A stretch of 64,000 nucleotides of DNA, taken from contig JBLDXI010000001.1 in NCBI GenBank assembly GCA_047495785.1, positions 2,232,001 to 2,296,000 on the forward strand. The letters run 5' to 3'. The stretch is from Lepidodermella squamata. Taxonomy: Eukaryota > Animalia > Gastrotricha. Shown here piece after piece: positions 26,310 to 38,590 of this stretch; position 1 is the stretch's first letter, and each line of letters begins with the position of its first letter. Under the pieces are notes generated by a model. It saw only the letters and a program-made list of their open reading frames with translations, searched no databases and was not told the DNA's origin. The translations under genes and the position numbers were made by a program.

Positions 26310-26758
26310 TCAGTCCAAGTCAAGCCGTTGTGAATGAAACGAGTCAACGTGTTGGGCAAGTGATTCGGAACTTCGAAAAACCCTAGGGCATTGCGAACAC
26401 CGGTGACACTGTACGCTTTTATGGACCTTTCGAACATGGTCATTCATGAGCTCAAAAACAACGGGCTTCGAACAAATCGCGCAGTTAGCCATTGGGCTAT
26501 CATGATCAGCCAGCTCGTGAGCACGAGCAGTTGTCGGCTTTGTGAACTGCTTACCGCAAAATCGACATTTCGGACCCTTGAATCGTGAATCGATTTTTTG
26601 TGCGAATTGAGACTAGTTTTGCTATTGAAAGATTCCTCGCAAAGATCGCATCCAAATAATTTTCGCTGATCATGAATGGTTTCGACATGGCTATTCAGTG
26701 CTCTTCTGTGGGCAAATTTTTCGTCACAAGTGACGCATATAAATTTCAATTCCGTCAT
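26310..26758 (-). pseudogene. Five-finger gene with a single frameshift (or sequencing error)
   Basis: Frame change near 26580 restores KCRFCGKQFTKPTTARAHELADH joining ORF 26310-26492. Confidence 0.7.
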
Positions 26759-26880
26759 TAAAAAAATCTTCTATTGAAAATTTATTTTTCATATAAGTAC
26801 GTAGGTAGGTATCAAAATAAAAAATTATGAAAATTGCCAAATTCAAAAATAATTAAGTTGGATTTTTCCAACATCAATTT

Positions 26881-27536
26881 TTAACAAGTAGCTAGTCTGC
26901 GGAACGCGAGCCACGAAGGCGCGTAGACGAATCGCATCATAGTCGGAGGATTGATCACAGGTTCAGTTTTGCTATTCAGCATCAGGTTACTCAGTAGAGT
27001 TCCATTCGATTGAGCCTCAATTTCATTCTGCTGAGCCAATTGATTTACGTAATTCGGGGGTGGAAACTGGCACGATTTTTTCGCCGTTTTAGGGCTCCTC
27101 TTTTTCAACTCTTTTCGAAGATTCGAGTCTTTATTGATGTCAAACGTCTGTTTCCGCGGTCTCCGAGTCTGTTTAATCACTGTCTTCTCATTCCTTACGA
27201 TCCCGCTGTCAAGCGGCTCGATTTTCACGTGGAAATCGAAAGTCAACTTCTTTCTCGACTTCTTCTCCTTCGCGACTTGCATGGTTTGTTCAACAAACGG
27301 GAAACAATCTTCGAATTTCCGGCAAATTTCGTTTGAAACAGAGGTAACGGGAGAAGGAGGCTTGCATTCCACCTAAATTGAGAGTGAATTTTATTGAAAT
27401 TTTTGATATTTTGAACTTTTACTTCTCTCATCCTAGTGGTTCTCGTGTAAAATTGTTCTGCCACAGGGTGGCCCATAAACGGATCGCCAAATAATGGACC
27501 ATCATCACAGTCTAATTCGTCAAATCTTCGAAACAT
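26881..27536 (-). CDS. Basic protein of unknown function, two exons
   Basis: ATG ORF 27536 plus an exon after the TTTAG acceptor at about 27373; Lys/Arg-rich. Confidence 0.55.
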
Positions 27537-27627
27537 CTCTAATTTTGTTTCACATTGAAAAATACAAATTTATTTACGAAAATCGACGAAAAATTCAGAA
27601 AAATACTGAGCAAATTTAATATCAAAT

Positions 27628-28350
27628 TCAATCAATTCCATGAAACCGCTTTCGGTGATTGGCCAAGCCAGATTCAAACGTGTAGGTGAAACCGCAACTG
27701 AGACAGGGATAACTGTTTTTGACTTCTTTCCTCGGGCGCCCACGGCCTCTTTTCGGAAATTCATCATGACGCTCGATTGATTCTTCCTTAACGTGATCGA
27801 TAACATCAAGCCGCTCGTCATCGTCGAACATCGGCTTTGTTGGTTCAAGCTCAGAACTTTCAATGGCCGAATCGTCCGTACCAATTTTGCTGTAAGAGTT
27901 CTTCGGGGGGCGGCCGCGACCGCGCTTTTGCCCGGGTACCTGAGGAATCGGATTTCTAGGTGGAGTGACTGTCTTCGCAGATTTAGGACGGCCGCGGCCT
28001 CTTTTCGGCGGCGTTTCGCCCTCGCTCGTCGCAGGCGGAGTTTCCGCTGCTGGCTTCAGTCTAGGACGGCCTCGAGCTTTTTTGATCGTTTCACGCGATT
28101 CGGAATCGCTCGAAGAAATCGACCACGAGTCCTTACTAGGCGACTCTAAAACTGAAGGTTTATCTTGAAATGAGACAACAGGCTTCGACATGGGGCTAGC
28201 GCCGGCTCTCTGCGACCTCATCAGATCGATATGATTTTCCAACATGGCGATTCGAAACGCTATTTCTTTCTTCATTTCCTCATTTCGAGATAGGAACTCT
28301 TTCCTCAAATCGGCGATGGTTTTGCCCAAGTCATCAATGATCGAATCCAT
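27628..28350 (-). CDS. Coiled coil plus four AT-hooks plus one C2H2 finger
   Basis: RGRPR, RGRGRPK, RGRGRPP, RGRGRPR; CLSC..HRKRFH. Confidence 0.88.
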   Translation of the reverse strand: MDSIIDDLGKTIADLRKEFLSRNEEMKKEIAFRIAMLENHIDLMRSQRAGASPMSKPVVSFQDKPSVLESPSKDSWSISSSDSESRETIKKARGRPRLKPAAETPPATSEGETPPKRGRGRPKSAKTVTPPRNPIPQVPGQKRGRGRPPKNSYSKIGTDDSAIESSELEPTKPMFDDDERLDVIDHVKEESIERHDEFPKRGRGRPRKEVKNSYPCLSCGFTYTFESGLANHRKRFHGID

Positions 28351-28696
28351 TTTGAAATCAGAAAATACCTCTAAACATCAGTTAGGAATTTATTAATCCA
28401 TGATTTGTAAAAAGAGGACTTCGGCTGATTCGAAAAAGACCAAAAAATCAAGGAAACAAGAAAGGCAAAAATGAGTTCGCAAATTTCAACCATAAAAATT
28501 CCAAAAATGTGGGTAGAATTTATAAAAAAAATCCCGGCGATTTTTTTTTGCTCATTTCCGACTTTCATGTTTCGATGCAATTATAGGAAACCGACAAAAA
28601 GCTAACATTGATTCATCAGAATTAATCAAGTATTCAAAACAAAGATTTTTCTAGTACAAAAAATTGAATTCGAGGAAATTTGACCAGCAATTCCTA

Positions 28697-29309
28697 TCAT
28701 TTTTTCGCCGATGTGTTCTCTGGGTGTTTCTGACGCAGGTGCCGGCTCAAGTCTCGAGCGTGGCGGTAGACGCATGGGCACAGGTCACACTTAAATTTCG
28801 GCGGGCCGCTTTCGTGAACAACGTAATGCCGGTTCAAATCAGCCCCGGCGCGGAATGAAGCCTGGCAAATCGAACACATGTGCTGACCCGGCGTGCTTGG
28901 GGGCGGCGCGCTGACGGCGCCAGTTTCCATCGCTCCCTCACCGCTATCGACTTCAATCATGTTTTCCGAGTCATTTTCATCATCTTCGTCCCTGACGATG
29001 GAACCGGTGTGGTTTTGGTAGCTCGAGTCCAATTGAGGCGTTAGAGGGATCGAAGGTTTGCAGTACTTTCTCGAATCATGAATAGCCATTTGTAAAGCTA
29101 GGTGCTTGCCAATCAAATCATCGATAACGGCCAGAGCTGCATTCTGCGAGTAAAATCGGCGAAGAGCTAAAATTAAATTAAAATTAAAATTGAAAAAAAT
29201 CGATGATTTGAAAATAATTACTGTGGCCTAGTTGAACGCAGTCAGATGACAGCTTCTCCCATTCGAATAGGTCAAATTCGGGCACCTCGAAGGTTCTATC
29301 GGAGCTCAT
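28697..29309 (-). CDS. Acidic two-finger protein, two exons
   Basis: MSSDRTFE exon, phase-1 intron to TTTTAG; CSIC..HYVVHESGPPKFKCDLC..HLRQKH. Confidence 0.78.
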
Positions 29310-29722
29310 TGGCGTACTCGCCGGGAGTAAATTTAAAATGTAACAGACCTATCAAAAACAACGGAATGCTAAGAACAGGTAAAATATCTGCACCACGTAA
29401 AATTGATTGATAATCGGCCTTTTTTATGCCATTCATGACCTGGGATTTTCTTTTACTTATTCACTTGTGTGACGTGAATAGTTCTTCTTTCCTAACTCTG
29501 TTACATGAGCAAATTCATTTCGACTCATTTTGATAAAATCCAATACCAAGAGCGATTCTACCTACGAATTTTATGATTTTTCACCAATTTCATATGCCAT
29601 TTCAGACCACGTTTATTTCCTTGAACCAAACCAATCAAACGGCTTGATCCATTCGTCTATCGTGCAAACAGGGAATTTGGACTTCGGACGGCCGAAGAGC
29701 ATTTCTTGCAGTTGCTTTTCAC

Positions 29723-30776
29723 CTATGCACAAAATGCTTCGTGTTTCTTACAGCTTCTCGCAGAGATGCACATCTTCAGACAGTGTTCACATCGGTAATA
29801 AGGCGCAGGGCGATGATAGTCATTCATGTGCCGTGAGAGGTAAGCTGAACTACGAAATCGGGCGTGGCAGACCGAGCAAAACAATACATTCTGCTTTTCC
29901 GAATGCACAGATTGGCTATGCCTAGAAAGATTTCTTCCGGGAGAGCAAACTTTCCCGCGCATCCCACAAAAGATGTCCGATTGATAACTGGGCGCCTCAT
30001 TTCGATAACATTCCTTACCAGAAGTGATTCTGCCTGAAATTTACAAACGATGCAACAGTAGCTAATAAATATCAAGACTAACAAGATCTCCGATGTTTGC
30101 GCCATGCCGCTGACGAGAAAAAGGACAAAGGACACGAGGCGCATTTGAACATGGGTGAATCGTCATGCAAATGCATGTGTTCTCGTCGATAATAAGCTGT
30201 ATGGAAAATCCCATGGCAAATTGGGCACGTGCGGCTGTCAAGCGACGAGTCTAGATTAAGACATTTCCTATTTCCTACTTCAGCAAATTCATTTTGAATG
30301 CGATGCTTATTCTTGTCGTGCCTCAGCACACTGCCCTTAAGGCGGAATCTTTTAGGACAGCTCCAGCAAGCGAAGCGAGCAGGTCCAGACTCGTGGACAA
30401 CCATATGCGTCTTCAAATCGAGAAGCTTTTCGAACGGCGCTTTGCAAATCGGACAAACGTTATTGGGAGGAGATGTTGCTCTAGAATCGCTGATTTTGTG
30501 TTCAGGTTTCAATTCATTTTGAGGTAGATGCTTATTCTTCTCATGCCGCTGCAGCCCGTATTCATGGAAGAATCTGCTCGGGCAGCTCAAGCAAGAGAAA
30601 CTAGGGGGTCCATAGTAGTGCACTGTCATATGCTGACTCAAACCGGACAAGTTTCTGAACGGCGATTTGCAAATCTGACAAACGTTATTGGGAAGAGATT
30701 CCAAGGCAGGAGCTACATGCCGATTGTCAATGTCGATTCCGGGTACTGCATCATGATGATCGACCGATGATTTCAT
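29723..30776 (-). CDS. Multi-finger gene (6+3), two exons
   Basis: Paralog of 24110-25459; T|GTTAGT intron. Confidence 0.82.
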
Positions 30777-31103
30777 TATTGGGTTAGAAATTTCCAGCCG
30801 AACGACAGGGATTTTCGGAAAATTAACACAATGCCTTTTCGCAAACTTCTACATAAATTTAGACATTACGGGAAATCGTTTTTACGATATGATCATCATC
30901 ATCCATACAAAATCAGAATTTTAGATCAAATTCATTAAAATTAGTCGAATAATTTTACAGTCGTTTTTTCAAGTCAACTTTGCTGCTTCTACTAGAGACG
31001 AATCGACCGAATAGTTAAAAGTATGGAAATCTAACTGCTTGATCCATTTAAGCAAACAGGGAATTCGGACTTGGGACTTGCATTTCCTGGATCTGTTTTT
31101 AGA

Positions 31104-32140
31104 CTATGCACAATGTGCTTTATGTTGCTTCCAGCTTTTCGCTGAGGTGCACATCTTCAGGCAGTTTTCACACAGTTGGGAAGGCGTGGGACGATGATAG
31201 TCATTCATATGCCGTGAGAGGTGACCCAAGCAACGAAATCGGCCGCGGCAGACGGAGCAAATTATTACATTCTGCTTTTCTGAGTGCACAGATTGGCTGT
31301 GTGTAGAAAGATCTAGAGCTTTCCCGCATATCTCACTAAAGACTTGCGATTGATAACTGGGCGCATCATTTCGAAGACGATCATTACCAGGAGTGATTCT
31401 GCCTAGAAATTTGGAAACGATGAAGCAGTTACTAATAAATATCAAGACTAACAAGATCTCCGGTGTTTGCGCAATGCCCCTGACGTAAAGTGAGCCTTTG
31501 CACACGAGGGGCATTTGAACATTGGCGAATCGTCATGGAAATGCATGTGCTGTCGCAAATCATACGCTGCATGAAAAATCCCATGGCAAATCGGGCACGT
31601 GCGACTGTCAAGCGATGAGTCCAGATTTAAACATTTCCTCTTTACAACATCAGCCAACTCATTTTGAATGCGATGCTCATTCTTTTCGTGCCTCGACAGA
31701 CTGCTCTGAAGGCGGAATTTTCTAGGACAGCTCGAGCAAACGAAGCGAGGTGATTCTGAGTCGTGGACAACCTTATGCGTCTTCAAATCGGAACGTCTTT
31801 TGAACGGCATGTTGCAAATCGGACAAACGCGTTTAGAAGAGGATTTCAAGGGGAATGTCGCACTAGAATCGGGTGTCAATTCATTTTTTAATCGATGCAT
31901 ATTTTGTTTATGCCGATCAAGACTTGATTTATAGAAAAATCTGCTCGGACAGCTCGAGCAAGCGAAAAGAGGGGGTCCATAGTAGTGGACAGGCACATGC
32001 TGGACCAAATTGGAAAAGCATCTGAACGGCACTTTGCAAATCGGACAAACGTTATTAGGAAGATATTCCAAGGCGGGAGCTACATGTCGATTGTCAATGT
32101 CGATTCCAGGTACTCCACCATGATCGACCGATGGTTCCAT
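31104..32140 (-). CDS. Multi-finger gene (6+3), two exons
   Basis: ATG 32140 (MEPSV); paralog of 29723-30776. Confidence 0.82.
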
Positions 32141-32358
32141 TATCGGGTGAGAAATTTCCAGCTGAACGTAAAGGATTGTCGGCAAATAATCACAATACCC
32201 TCACACAAACTTCTACACATATTTAGACATTACGGAAAATCACTTCAACGAATATGATCATCATCCTTGAAAAAATCAGAATTTCATCATATTTCACGAA
32301 GATAAATATTTTTCCGAAAAAAGTAGCCCGTCAATTAGAGAGAACCAAGTCGGCCAGT

Positions 32359-33004
32359 TCATTTACCGCTACCGCGAAGACGCTGCGGTTTGCTCTGCTT
32401 ACGCTTACTACGAGGCGCGAGTGAAGTGTCACTGGAGGCTCTACGCAGCGGCTTGTCATCTTCATCCGACCATTTCTCATCACTTTCGTCAATTTCAATG
32501 ACTTCAGCAGCAGTCTGCTTGGCGGCGCCTTTCGGCTTAACTCTCTGCCTGCCCGATTTAACAGGAACTCTCTGCCTCTGAGCCTTCGAAGTCGCGACTT
32601 TTCTGCGGTCTTTCGGGGTCGACGTCGTGGGCAGAGATCGAATTGAGAAGTCAAGTGGTTGGTCTCCTATTTCTGGTAGTTCATTTCCTCCGAGTGAACT
32701 AACGCTACACGAAGGCGTGGCGTATTTGACTTCAGCCGCTGCTCTTCGGACTGGCCTGGCGCTAACTCTTTCAATTTTTCGCGGAATCGGAAGGCTGATC
32801 GGCTTCTTCTGAGGAGGCTTTTCGGCAAGGGCTTCGTCGATTTCACTTCGAAATTTCGATACTTGGCAGAAAAGTGAGAAATTCGAAAAATGCCACCTTA
32901 ATTTCCGAAAAAATCGAAAACTCACATAGGCTACGCAATTTCTTCCCCTCACGCTGCGATGCAGCGAGTTTCGTAGACAGTTCTGATACCCGTTTCGAAT
33001 TCAT
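32359..33004 (-). CDS. Coiled-coil plus disordered protein with PLDFS and SIM-like motifs
   Basis: MNSKRVSEL exon, T|GTGAGT..CAAG| join; QPLDFSIR; EVIEIDESDE; RPVRRAAAEVKY. Confidence 0.7.
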
Positions 33005-33095
33005 CTCAATGTTTAGACTCAATTACGCATCTAAAATTAAACCGGAAATAGCTTCATAAAAACTCGTTGAATTGAAAAAACTGCTAAAAAAGTTC

Positions 33096-33600
33096 TCAAA
33101 ATGCCGGCTGAATCAACGGTCCATGCGCCTTGCGCCGGTGTCGGTACAGCGAAAATCGCTGATAAAACGCCGCTCCGCAGATGCCGCAGCCGTAAGTCGG
33201 CGAAAAATCATGCAGGTGGCGATGATCCCTAAGAGCACTTTTCGTAGTAACCCCAACGCCGCAAATATCACACGAAAGATAGGTACTAGTACGACTAATC
33301 GTGCTTGTCACTTCATCGTCATGTTGCTGATAGTGGGACGCAGTCGGCGAGTCGAAACTGGAGTAGGGCGATGACGGAAAAGCGGACATGGTTGAAATCG
33401 TGGGTTGAACTACGTAACATTCGCTTTTACCACCGCCGTTACGCAGATTGTCCAACTGAATAGCAAGCGAGTTGTAGCGTGCTTCTAGCAATTTCATATC
33501 CTTTTTCGCCGATTCAAGTTCTTCGAATCAGAAAAATATTGAAAACATTTGAGGGGAAAAGCTGAACCTTACCAGCTTTTAAATAATCGTAAGGGTCCAT
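33096..33600 (-). CDS. Coiled coil plus two C2H2 fingers, two exons
   Basis: MDPYDYLKA G|GTAAGG..AAG|AA join; CDIC..HRHLHDFSPTYGCGIC..HRRKAH. Confidence 0.8.
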
Positions 33601-33666
33601 AATTTTTCAATCTAGCTAAAAATGTTCAGATTTTTACGCCTAATAAAAATGAAAAAATAGATGTCA

Positions 33667-34281
33667 CTATCTTTTTTTAGGTGACAACGGGTTCAAGTTA
33701 CTAATTTTCATCATCGATTGAAACTGGTTTCGCTTTCTCGACCGACTTCCGGCGGCTCTCATACGGATTTTATTAGCTAGCTGCTTATTAGGACTCGCTT
33801 TCAGTCGATGGGCCCTCTTAATATGCTGCTCAAGCTGGCCTTCACGAACGAAACGGCGCGAACAGATCGAACAATAAGGGTCTGGAATTTCAATAATTTC
33901 GACTTCATCTGATACCTTGGAAGTGGCCGGCTTTTTCTCAGGGATTGTTACGAAGTCGTACTTTTTCGTATCTTCAATGGCCTTTCCTAAGCCAATCCTA
34001 CACTTAACAACGAGGTTCAGCATCGAGTCTATGTAACGATTGACAGATCTATAATACAGCTTGTTTGGGCCCTTCAAATTGACCTGGTCACCGAGTCACC
34101 CGCGAAGTTCTGAAAAATTAGCCAGAATTATCGAAATTTCCGTATTTTTTTCCAACTCACTGTAAGCATGTTCCTCGCCACATTTTGCCATCAGAGCGAA
34201 TTCGGACATCAATTTACAGGTACCGGCATTAGCCGTCTCCAGCCTCTTTTCACTAGCCTCAATAAGCGACGCCAGTTTCAT
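33667..34281 (-). CDS. Single-finger protein interrupted by an in-frame TGA at 34096-34098
   Basis: ORFs 34096-34356 and 33667-34077 share a frame; CSIC..HIKRAH; EVEIIEIPD. Confidence 0.55.
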
Positions 34282-34316
34282 CTCAACTAGGTATGGAAAA
34301 ATAGCAGAGATATGAA

Positions 34317-35086
34317 TCATAAGCATGTGTTGTAAAACGCTCGAACATCGACGCAATTGCTACAACAACAAATATAGTCTGACCCAGGGTTCGACTCGGT
34401 CCAGTCGGACCCGGTGACATCGCATCTATGAACATGGCGCAAATGAATAGTCACACTCGCCTTACGCGAAAACGCCATCCGACATATCGGGCAGATGTTA
34501 TCAGGCGCCGGCGTCGTAGTGGGCGTCGCCAGGCCGCGATGTTGCGTCCTTATGTGACTTTTCAGCGATTGAGGCATCCGAAAACCTCGCTGGCAATGCA
34601 TGCAGTTGAATGGGATTGGGTTCTCGCAGTGAACGGTGAGTTGGTGGCGCATGCAGTCGCCTTTTCGGTTGAAGACAGACGAGCATTTCGGGCAGGTTTT
34701 ACCCCAGGTTGGGTCGGGCGGCGCCTCTCCGGTTTGACTTTGATGCCGTGACGCCCGGCGACTTCGCGGCTGATAACTCGAGGCAACATAAATCGATTGA
34801 ATAACTGGTGATGAGGTTGAAATTGAAGCGGCTGAAGTCGATGGATATTCGAGAGCTGCCATTGATTGCGACGGCGTAAAATCATTCGAGGGGGTCACGA
34901 AATTACTCGAGTTCAATTCTGAAATTTCCAAAAACTTATAGCCTATAATTCTTTCACCAGAAACTAACGAGAAACTGTTGTAGAAGCCGCTGGGCCTTGT
35001 TGGAGGCGGTTTTTCAGGGCAGAAATCAGGCCAGTTTGCGCGGAAACGTAACCGAGAATTTCACGGAAAAAATTTAGAGCTTCCAT
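34317..35086 (-). CDS. Three-finger C2H2 protein with Ser-rich region, two exons
   Basis: MEALNFF exon, 34-nt GTTAGT..AAG intron; CPKC, CMHC and CPIC fingers. Confidence 0.8.
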
Positions 35087-35222
35087 GCCAACGAAATACG
35101 AAGATCCTGTAAAAAAACTCAATTTTCAAATTTTTTGAAAAAAATCACGATTTCAGAATTTCATTGACTTTCGATTTCTACCGAAAATACCAGACTTCTC
35201 AAAATTTTCAAAATTTTTGGTG

Positions 35223-35399
35223 TCAATTCGTTCGTGGCGCGGAAGAACCCGCACTTCGATGATTTTTTGCCCTGACTGTACCCCGCGAGTACAGCATAAC
35301 GCGCAGTATTGCATATAGTATCCAAGGCTGTACTCGCGGGGTACAGTCAGGGCAAAAAATCATCGAAGTGCGGGTTCTACCGCGCCACGAACGAATTGA
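35223..35399. repeat. Near-perfect long palindrome
   Basis: 73-bp arms 35223-35295 and 35327-35399, 1 mismatch, 31-nt loop. Confidence 0.92.
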
Positions 35400-35871
35400 A
35401 ATACCAATAAAATGATCGTCAATCGATTCTTCTAGAATTTGATGAAAAATTTCTACCCTTCCAGGACTAACCACTTAAAATTGACTGGTAAACCAAATTA
35501 TTCATGTACTCCAGGTAGGCCACATCGTCCATCGCGCTGAGTTCCTGAATTATGGATAACTGCTCGACTGGAACGCCGTCGAAACTCGAAGAATCTGGCG
35601 AAAGAAGCAATTAGAATTAACTTCAAAGAGAAAATTTGATAAACTAACATAGCTGATCTTCCATATTTCGCGATGGTCATTAATCACATTCGTACTAGAA
35701 AATTGAATTTATTGACAAATTGTAAATAAAATTTACACACACATTTTGCATCAACAAATGAAGCACGGAACGCAAAAATAATTTTTACAATTTTTTTTTA
35801 CAACAATCTGAGCGGATAGAAACTGAAACCGAACAATCAAGTATTGAAGTAAACATAATTTTCGCACAATC

Positions 35872-36428
35872 TCAGAAAAATCGATGAACAGGATACTCGG
35901 GATAGTGGCACCCGCGTTTTTCGTGCCGCTTCAGATCCGCGCGAGACCAGAAATTCCTTGGGCATTTCGAACATAGGAAAACGGCTGAACGAAGGGATAA
36001 ATGAAGGAAGGAATGCCGAGCTAGCGAATAGTTTGAGGCGAATCGCTGCTCACAAATGTTGCACGTGTTCGCTTCCTTTCGGCGCTTTTCTAGCTCCAGA
36101 TCATCCAAGCGTCGAGTGATTTCACTCAACCGAGATTCAAAGTGAGCTGAGCGAACCGCCAATCGCTCGATTAGACGATCGCATTCGCCTGTGTAAGAAA
36201 ATAGTTTGTCAAGTGTCGCTAATGTATATCGGAATGGCAACTACTTAGAACGCTCAAATTTGGACTCGACTTGGGACTACTGCTCGAAATCGGATGTTCA
36301 ACTGACGAGCTCTCAAATAGGGGAGATGGCGATCCTCCGTCAAGGCTTTCGACTTTTTGCAGCAAATTGCGACATTTCGAATTGATCAATCGAATTAGCT
36401 CCCCGTTTTCATCTAAATAAAACTTCAA
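35872..36428 (-). CDS. Coiled coil plus two fingers, multi-exon, 5' end uncertain
   Basis: A|GTAGTT..ACAG|GC joins the two ORFs; CNIC..HSFLH and CSKC..HEKRGC. Confidence 0.7.
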
Positions 36429-36630
36429 AATGAATTGATGGCAGATTTCAGAATTACAAACCAGCAGTTTCTTCGAAGCTTCGCACGCAGTCCCTGAAAC
36501 TGGAGTCCGATGAACTGCTATTTAAAGAGGGATTCGGAAACATAAATGACGCGCGCAGCTAATTAAGTGGAAATCATAGAAAAAATATAAAACACAATTT
36601 TATCAAACATTAACAACGAAAAATCAATTT

Positions 36631-37100
36631 TCACAACGATAATTCGATAACCAGGACGAAACACAGGCAGAGCAGGATGAACAATAGGACCAAGTCACAG
36701 CAGTCAATGCGAGATCTTTTCTTGGGCTTTGACTGTGCCAGCAGTTTTTCATTCTCAGCAGCCAATTGGGCTAATTTCTTCGATTTGTCCGCTAAAATGT
36801 CATTAAAAAGGGCGACAAGAAAGAATACTTCATTGAACTGGCCCTTCATTAAGTAGTCGAGCCTGTCATAGTTCAGTTCCGCTAATAAAAGCAACAAAAA
36901 TTGAAAAAGAATCCGCCTTAATATCAGTTCAAATTCTTCACCATTTATTTCATTTAAGGAACAGTCGATATTCCTCTGTAATCGAATGAAAGCTTCCTGA
37001 AGTTCGATTTCAAGCCCTTTATGCCAAAAATAAGAGAATTCAGAGGTTGACGTCGACAATTTAGAACCAAACCTGGGGATCGATCTTCCTCGGATGCCAT
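36631..37100 (-). CDS. Small coiled-coil protein with C-terminal transmembrane helix
   Basis: MASEEDRSP, three exons; KKRSR then DLVLLFILLCLCFVLVIELSL*. Confidence 0.65.
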
Positions 37101-37169
37101 TTTCAGCTAGCTGACACAATTCTCAATAAATCTACAATAAATATTTAAATAAATCTAAATAAATAGCGT

Positions 37170-37700
37170 GCTATGACGCCAGCGATTCAGGCAAGCCGTC
37201 CACTTTCGACACTCAAAGGCTCGTTAGCCATGAAATACTGATATCAATCAATTAGAACTGATTTGAAAACTAAAAATCGAATGAAAATTTGCCGATTTTC
37301 ACAGACTGGTGATAATGATAGAAATATCCGAGATAGAAAAACCAATTCAAAACAAAGGCGCCGACTGCGTATAAAAGAACCGGTAGAGATAGGTAATCTG
37401 AAAAAAATTGAGCAAGTTTCCGAAATTGAACCGTTAATTTTTGAAATAATCAGCCCTGCTTGTGAACCTCGCGCAAATGGCGGAATAAACTGTGCTTCGA
37501 TGATAGAATTTTCGGACAGACCGGACAAGCCGGTGCTGCTGCTCCGCTAGCGACGTCTTTCGGAATCGAATGAATTTTCAGGTAATGACGATCTAACCCA
37601 GCTGAATTCGCCATTCTCTTCAAGCAAACTAAGCAGCGATTCGCGCTGATCGTAAGCGGTGAACCAGGCGTTTTTTCGACTGAAAGAAGCTTTTCTTCGA
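37170..37700. repeat. Dispersed duplicate of 54900-55410
   Basis: Near-identical sequence encoding VEEKLLSVEK..REVHKQG plus the downstream spacer. Confidence 0.9.
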
Positions 37701-37929
37701 CAAAGGACCTCTGGCCATCAACTATGGTGACGTAAACCCAATACACAACTGAGATAAGGATTAGGATTTTGAATGTGAGCCAGTAGCTGGCCGTCACATA
37801 TCCGTCGCAATAACAGCCCAGTTCGATCGCTGCATTAGAGCCAACATTTTCAACCCCTTGTTCCCTAAAGCTCCTGCTCGGAATAATTAATCGAATTAGC
37901 TCCCCGTTTTCATCCAAATAAAACTTCAA
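37450..37929 (-). CDS. Chimeric transmembrane plus two-finger ORF
   Basis: FYLDENGELIRLI (as in 36428), hydrophobic YWLTFKILILISVVYWVYVTIV, fingers copied from 55156; start codon unresolved. Confidence 0.55.
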   Translation of the reverse strand: MKFYLDENGELIRLIIPSRSFREQGVENVGSNAAIELGCYCDGYVTASYWLTFKILILISVVYWVYVTIVDGQRSFVEEKLLSVEKTPGSPLTISANRCLVCLKRMANSAGLDRHYLKIHSIPKDVASGAAAPACPVCPKILSSKHSLFRHLREVHKQG

Positions 37930-38128
37930 AATGAATTGATGGCAGATTTCAGAATTACAAACCAGCAGTTTCTTCGAAGCTTCGCACGCAGTCCCTGAAA
38001 CTGGAGTCCGATGAACTGCTATTTAAAGAGGGATTCGGAAACATAAATGACGCGCGCAGCTAATTAAGTGGAAATCATAGGAAAATATGAAACAAATTTG
38101 TATCAAACATCAACGAAAAATTAATTTT

Positions 38129-38590
38129 TCACAACGATAATTCGATAACCAGGACGAAACACAGGCAGAGCAGGATGAACAATAGGACCAAGTCACAGCA
38201 GTCAATGCGAGATCTTTTCTTGGGCTTCGACTGTGCCAGCAGTTTTTCATTCTCAGCAGCCAATTGGGCTAATTTCTTCGATTTGTCCGCTAAAATGTCA
38301 TTAAAAAGGGCGACGAGAAAGAATACTTCATTGAACTGAACTTTCATCATATAGTCTAACCGGTCGTAATTGATCTCGGCTAATAAAAACAACAAAAATT
38401 GAAAAAATTGCCTTGATACCAGTGAATTAACAATTTATCTCAGCTAGAGAACAGTCGATATTTCTCTGTAATCGAACGAAAGCTTCTTGAACTTCGATTT
38501 CGAGGTCTTATGACGAAAAATCAAAGGAATCGAACGTTGAGGTCAACAATTCACAATCAAACCTGCGGAACGATCTTCTTGGGATGCCAT
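38129..38590 (-). CDS. Duplicate of the 36631-37100 tail-anchored protein
   Basis: MASQEDRSA; identical C-terminus. Confidence 0.65.
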
